Shown here: positions 59,728 to 64,000 of the stretch, in pieces
Numbering within the stretch: position 1 is the first letter of the stretch
Layout: every line of letters starts with the position of its first letter
Assembly (NCBI GenBank): GCA_010405405.1
Contig: MU004240.1
Coordinates: 1,022,882-1,086,881, forward strand
Direction: 5' to 3'
From: Microthyrium microscopicum
Taxonomy: Eukaryota
Length of the DNA: 64,000 bases
Program-made: the position numbers and the translations under genes
Notes under the pieces: generated by a model
What the model saw: the letters and a program-made list of their open reading frames with translations, nothing else
Databases searched by the model: none
Told to the model about the DNA's origin: nothing

Positions 59728-62700
59728 ATCTTGACTATCACAAAGCATTGTCAGCAAAATGAGGTTTAAATCCAACGTCGGCCATACCTTGCAAGAAGAC
59801 GGCGAGCAGAATATAAAATATGAAATCGATAGGTTGGCTATTTGCCTACTATGACGGTCGAGTAACACTCCACTGGCGGGCCACCGGCTATAGCAAACCC
59901 CTATAATGTATCTGGTTAGAATACAATTGCTCGTATAACTGGGCTAATCTGAAAGTTCGCGAATGTCCGCTGGGCGATCGGATAATGCGTTCGCTGTGAC
60001 TCGGGTAGGCAAAAAGCTTACAAGTTTGCGAAGCTGAATAGCAAATGATCCAGCGGAATCATTCTGTCCCGGAATAATAGATGTCCTTACCTTGTGCCTC
60101 AATGTACCGCTTTGTATACCTAAACCGTTGTACGAAATGGCATGGTGATGTTCTCGTAAGGTAATGCTCGGAACGAACAATTAAGTTCTTGTGGAACAAC
60201 GGCCGGATGCAGTAAAAGGGAAGTGTCCGAAATTTTTGGACGCGACAGACAAAGGGATGATATGCGCCGAGATCAATTGCGTGTTAGCGAAGTCGAAAAC
60301 GATTGAAAAGAGACTATACTGGGTTAGCTCTCAAACAAAGACGTGTCATGAAGTGTTGCAGTCAAGCCTGCGACAAGTTGTTGAGAAAACAAACATTGTT
60401 TAGCGTTCAAGGGATACAACCTACTGTAGAGTAGAGTAGCAGTGGATGAAAAATCGCTCCTCGGGAATGCTGTAACTGTCCAATTGAATGATACTGGAAT
60501 CTGGAGTGTAAGACAAGCGTGGTAGTACACCTCTTGCTTGGATCAAATACTGAATATCTTGAATTGAGTCTGATTGCATGTATCCGCTGAATTGTATTGA
60601 GTTGTTTTGACTTTTTTATAGGAGATGTTTATACGAAGAATGAGGCAGCGTATGAAATTTGAAGACCAGGATGTTCAGCCACTCATATCCTACAAGAGAA
60701 AGTGGCTTTTGAGACTGCGAGAAAAGCAAAAACGACACTGGCGCTGTCAGTAAGAGCTTTAGCAAATCGCGACCTATTAAAAAGTGCCTCAAGAAATGAA
60801 GTGGTTGCAAGATGTACGATAGGAAGCTCGGTATTCCAACAACGTGGGATACGTTACTCAAGAACCTTTTAACATCGGCTCCCCCCATACACCGAGTCAA
60901 TGTAGGCCTGAGTTCTTTTACATCGACGGTAGAGTCAAGTATTAAGCAAGCGGTGAGATAGTGGCGTATCTGTATGTAGCGCCACTTCCCAGCTGTGAGC
61001 CGGGCTGTGCCACTGGCCACAACCAACTGCTCGACGTGTCCGGCAGGTCCGCTTCGCCTGCAAAGAATGAACAATCAGCTGCATGCTGATGTGTTCTTCC
61101 GACTTTCAAAGCGACCTGAGACTTTTGCACTTCTTGGACGTTGGTAGGTCAACACAAAAGGATGATTCATCAAACCGCCTAGTTGGGGCGAAAGGTATGG
61201 CAGCGTTGGAAAGGCTACAAATCAAAACCGTTTACTATTGCCGACATGTAGGTATGCGGTCAGTTTGACCACGTCGCCAGGGCAGATGAGATATCGCTTA
61301 TCAACAACGTTACCCTGCATAGGTATAAGTTTTAAAGTACCGGAGGTACATACTCCTAGAAGCTGATATGCGACTAAACCCAGAGTAGGAGATGCGGAAG
61401 GCGAAGGCCGCGAGAGCATGATTTAGTCGCGCCTTGCTCTTGGATCAAGTATAATCATCAATCTTGGAAGCAAGTCAGTCACGCCTCATCGAATTATTTG
61501 CTGTGCCATCCCGCATTCGATGAACACCGGTCATCCCTTCTGTCCGGTGCTAAGCATCACGAGTGAGGTACAAAGGCGACAATGAGGAGGCCGCAAGCCA
61601 TTGGTCCATCACTGATCTGGGGTTGCTTTGTGAAGCATATATCTTAAGTAGGTAGGCGCTGCAGATCGCTTGTCCGCGTAACAGGCAGTATTCGAGATTC
61701 CAAAAGACCCAGCGTTCTGGTTGATCCTCTACGGAACGGACCCGAGAAGACAAGGTTGTTCCATCTCTCCATGTTGTAAACAGCTTTTCTTTCTCAAGCA
61801 AGGAGATAGTGACGAGGGAGGAAATCTTCCGTTTTGATCTTTGGCCAAGATGGATTCACACACCCTCCCTATGAAGGTGACGCAAAGGTCCGCCCGGGGC
61901 GTGTTCGATCCTATGTTCGGGAATATGGGTTGAGCTTTGCTCTCGACATCTTCTCTCGATGTGCAGTTAACTTTGCAAGTTGCTAGACATGGATCATGGC
62001 GGCTGAAAGAGTTGCGTTCGGAAAGGATCATCATTGAATTTTGGGCTTCGTATGCTGTTGAAGCAAGATATGAAGATAAACGTAAAAGAGGTTGCGGTGT
62101 TCTGGGAGTAGGATGCGATTGCGAGGGGGTGAGGCGAGCGGCGATCGCTGCCGCGGTCCGTAGCAGTTCATAAATAGTCCCCTCGTTGATATCAAGGCAG
62201 CGAGGCGCTCACGTTGAAAGACCGGTCAAGATTCATGATACCACTAGTCAAGGATCATGCCAGTTCCAACTCGAAGTTTAATCCTGATTTTTAGATTCTA
62301 TTCGATGAGATTGCCTTGTGAACAAACATGTAAGTCAGTACCTGCATTCAATGAATGCTTCACTCAACTCCAGTGCTTTATTTGTGTATGTTGTACTTCG
62401 GCATCCCAGGGTAATCTCTGTTCAATGCTGGACGAGGCAGCCGATGGCGATACAGTGTCGTTAAGATAAGCTCTGGCACGCAAATACACACATACTCTGG
62501 CACGATGAGAAAGTACCGAATCGCTCGATCATTCCCAATGGGGAAGTCTTTTGTTGGTAACCCCCGTCCCCCACAGTTTCAACCTGTCAACCACTCCTTA
62601 TGTACTCTACTATTCTCCGGCTGCAATGATTTGCTTTGCATTGCATCCCGCTGTCAAATTCCTCCGCACTCATTCCCATATGTTGAAGATTTTTGGTACC

Positions 62701-64000
62701 TTGCATCTGAATCCTGAAGTCCCTTTTGGTTTGTTGGCTAACTACACCGGTACACTCCTAGAGTATATATCGATCCATTTCACCACTCCTTTGATTCTTT
62801 CAGTCCCCCTTTTGACATTCAATTGGGTATTATTCAGAGCTAAAGTCCCTGATACCAGCGATTTGGAAAAATCACAGGCCGAAACTATGCTTGCGCAGCG
62901 AAGATCGTGTGGCCCTACACCACCACTGCATTACCTTGCCGATCCTTAGCCTCACTTTTTTCGAACACAGTGGCAGAGACATGCCCATGTTGATTTTGGC
63001 ATTGGCTTCGATGTTGATAGTTCGATTGTATAGCAAAAAACATGCTCGCTACTGAGTAAGGTATCTGTGATAAATTTGTCTTCGAATTATGCACCTGGTC
63101 GACCATGAGAGCAGTACTCTGATCTCTTGGCCTGGCTCATCATTGACAATATAAAAAAACTTAGCATTTGGCTTGTGATGACTTGCTACCCATCTAGTCT
63201 AGAAGTTAAGACTTCCTTGAATAAAGCTCCAGAGTCAGCTCTAACCATTGTTAGATAGGTTTTGATTGTTTCAAATGAGAGTATGAAATCCATTGAGAAC
63301 TCGAGGCTACCAGATGCTAACGCACGGCTTCAAGATAGGCATAGGATATTCAAGTCCGTATCAAAAAACATGTCCTTATGCTCGCTCAGGCTCTGTTGAC
63401 ACTGGAGGTATTTTGACATATCTCTAGATATACCTTAGGTATGTATGACCAACCTGGTATGAACAGTGTAAGGCGTGATTTTAGTGGCAGCATCATCTAT
63501 ACTAATGCACAGTACCAGGTACAATGACTCATAGGGAGTGGAAACAGGATGTTTTCACCACTCAGACGTGATACTCTATCTCTTGCCCATCACTTTTCTT
63601 TTCTACCTATCCTAACATGCCTGATAACAAGGACGATAACTTAGTGTTTTGCCTTTCAACACAGTACCAGGTTGATCCTGTTATGATTGGATCCTCTACC
63701 TTCAAACCACCGGGTACTGGAGGATATTGCTCTCCTGCAATAATGCCGATGAGATTTCAATCTTGTTGATGGAAAGGCGGGAGAACAGCCAGCCGAGTCC
63801 ATCTGAGTGACGCTCATTGACCGCCTAACATCTCAACAACCAACTTCCTCCCAGATGCTCGAAGATCATTGTGCCGAAACTCAAGACACTACACGACTGA
63901 GAACGCAAAGCCATGTCTATTCCCCAGCTCTACGCCCTTCCGCCCTGCACAACTGCTTGCATACTTCACTGACGCTAGGTAAGTACTTACTTACCTGGTC

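Noticed and set aside
61890..61925. GTTCGATCC resembling a tRNA T-loop/B-box
   Set aside because: The flanks do not form a T-stem and no cloverleaf can be built.
1..64000. Transposons, RIP-mutated repeats, rRNA, CRISPR arrays or a secondary-metabolite cluster
   Set aside because: No transposase/RT ORFs, terminal repeats, strongly AT-rich blocks, spacer arrays or backbone synthases were seen.

Overview
Gene-dense eukaryotic DNA from a filamentous ascomycete (Pezizomycotina). Evidence: short (~45-70 nt) GT-AG introns with CTRAC/CTAAT branch points and typical fungal orthologues. About 27 protein-coding genes can be modelled by hand-splicing the ORF track. Most are housekeeping genes: AFG2-type AAA ATPase, eIF3L, eIF3i, SSC1, VMA6, PRPP synthetase, Csm1/Pcs1, RPS17, ATG11, VCX1, C1-THF synthase, CWF18, CIA1 and SOK1/TCP11. 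Two accessory pockets interrupt them: ~23.9-30.3 kb (orphan gene, divergent DMATS prenyltransferase, F-box pseudogene) and ~37.8-41.4 kb (small secreted Cys peptide). Most notable: (1) an intact 5-exon gene for a BAH-domain DNA cytosine-methyltransferase-like protein lacking all catalytic motifs; (2) a hidden terminal exon of ATG11 that swaps its C-terminus for one bearing a W-x-x-L (AIM/LIR-like) motif; (3) a 227-nt, apparently highly structured intron in the AFG2-like gene, whose D1 Walker B is also degenerate; (4) an archaeal/dCTP-deaminase-type dUTPase beside PRPP synthetase. All family calls come from recognising motifs by eye; no database searches were run. No tRNA, rRNA, CRISPR or transposon could be supported.
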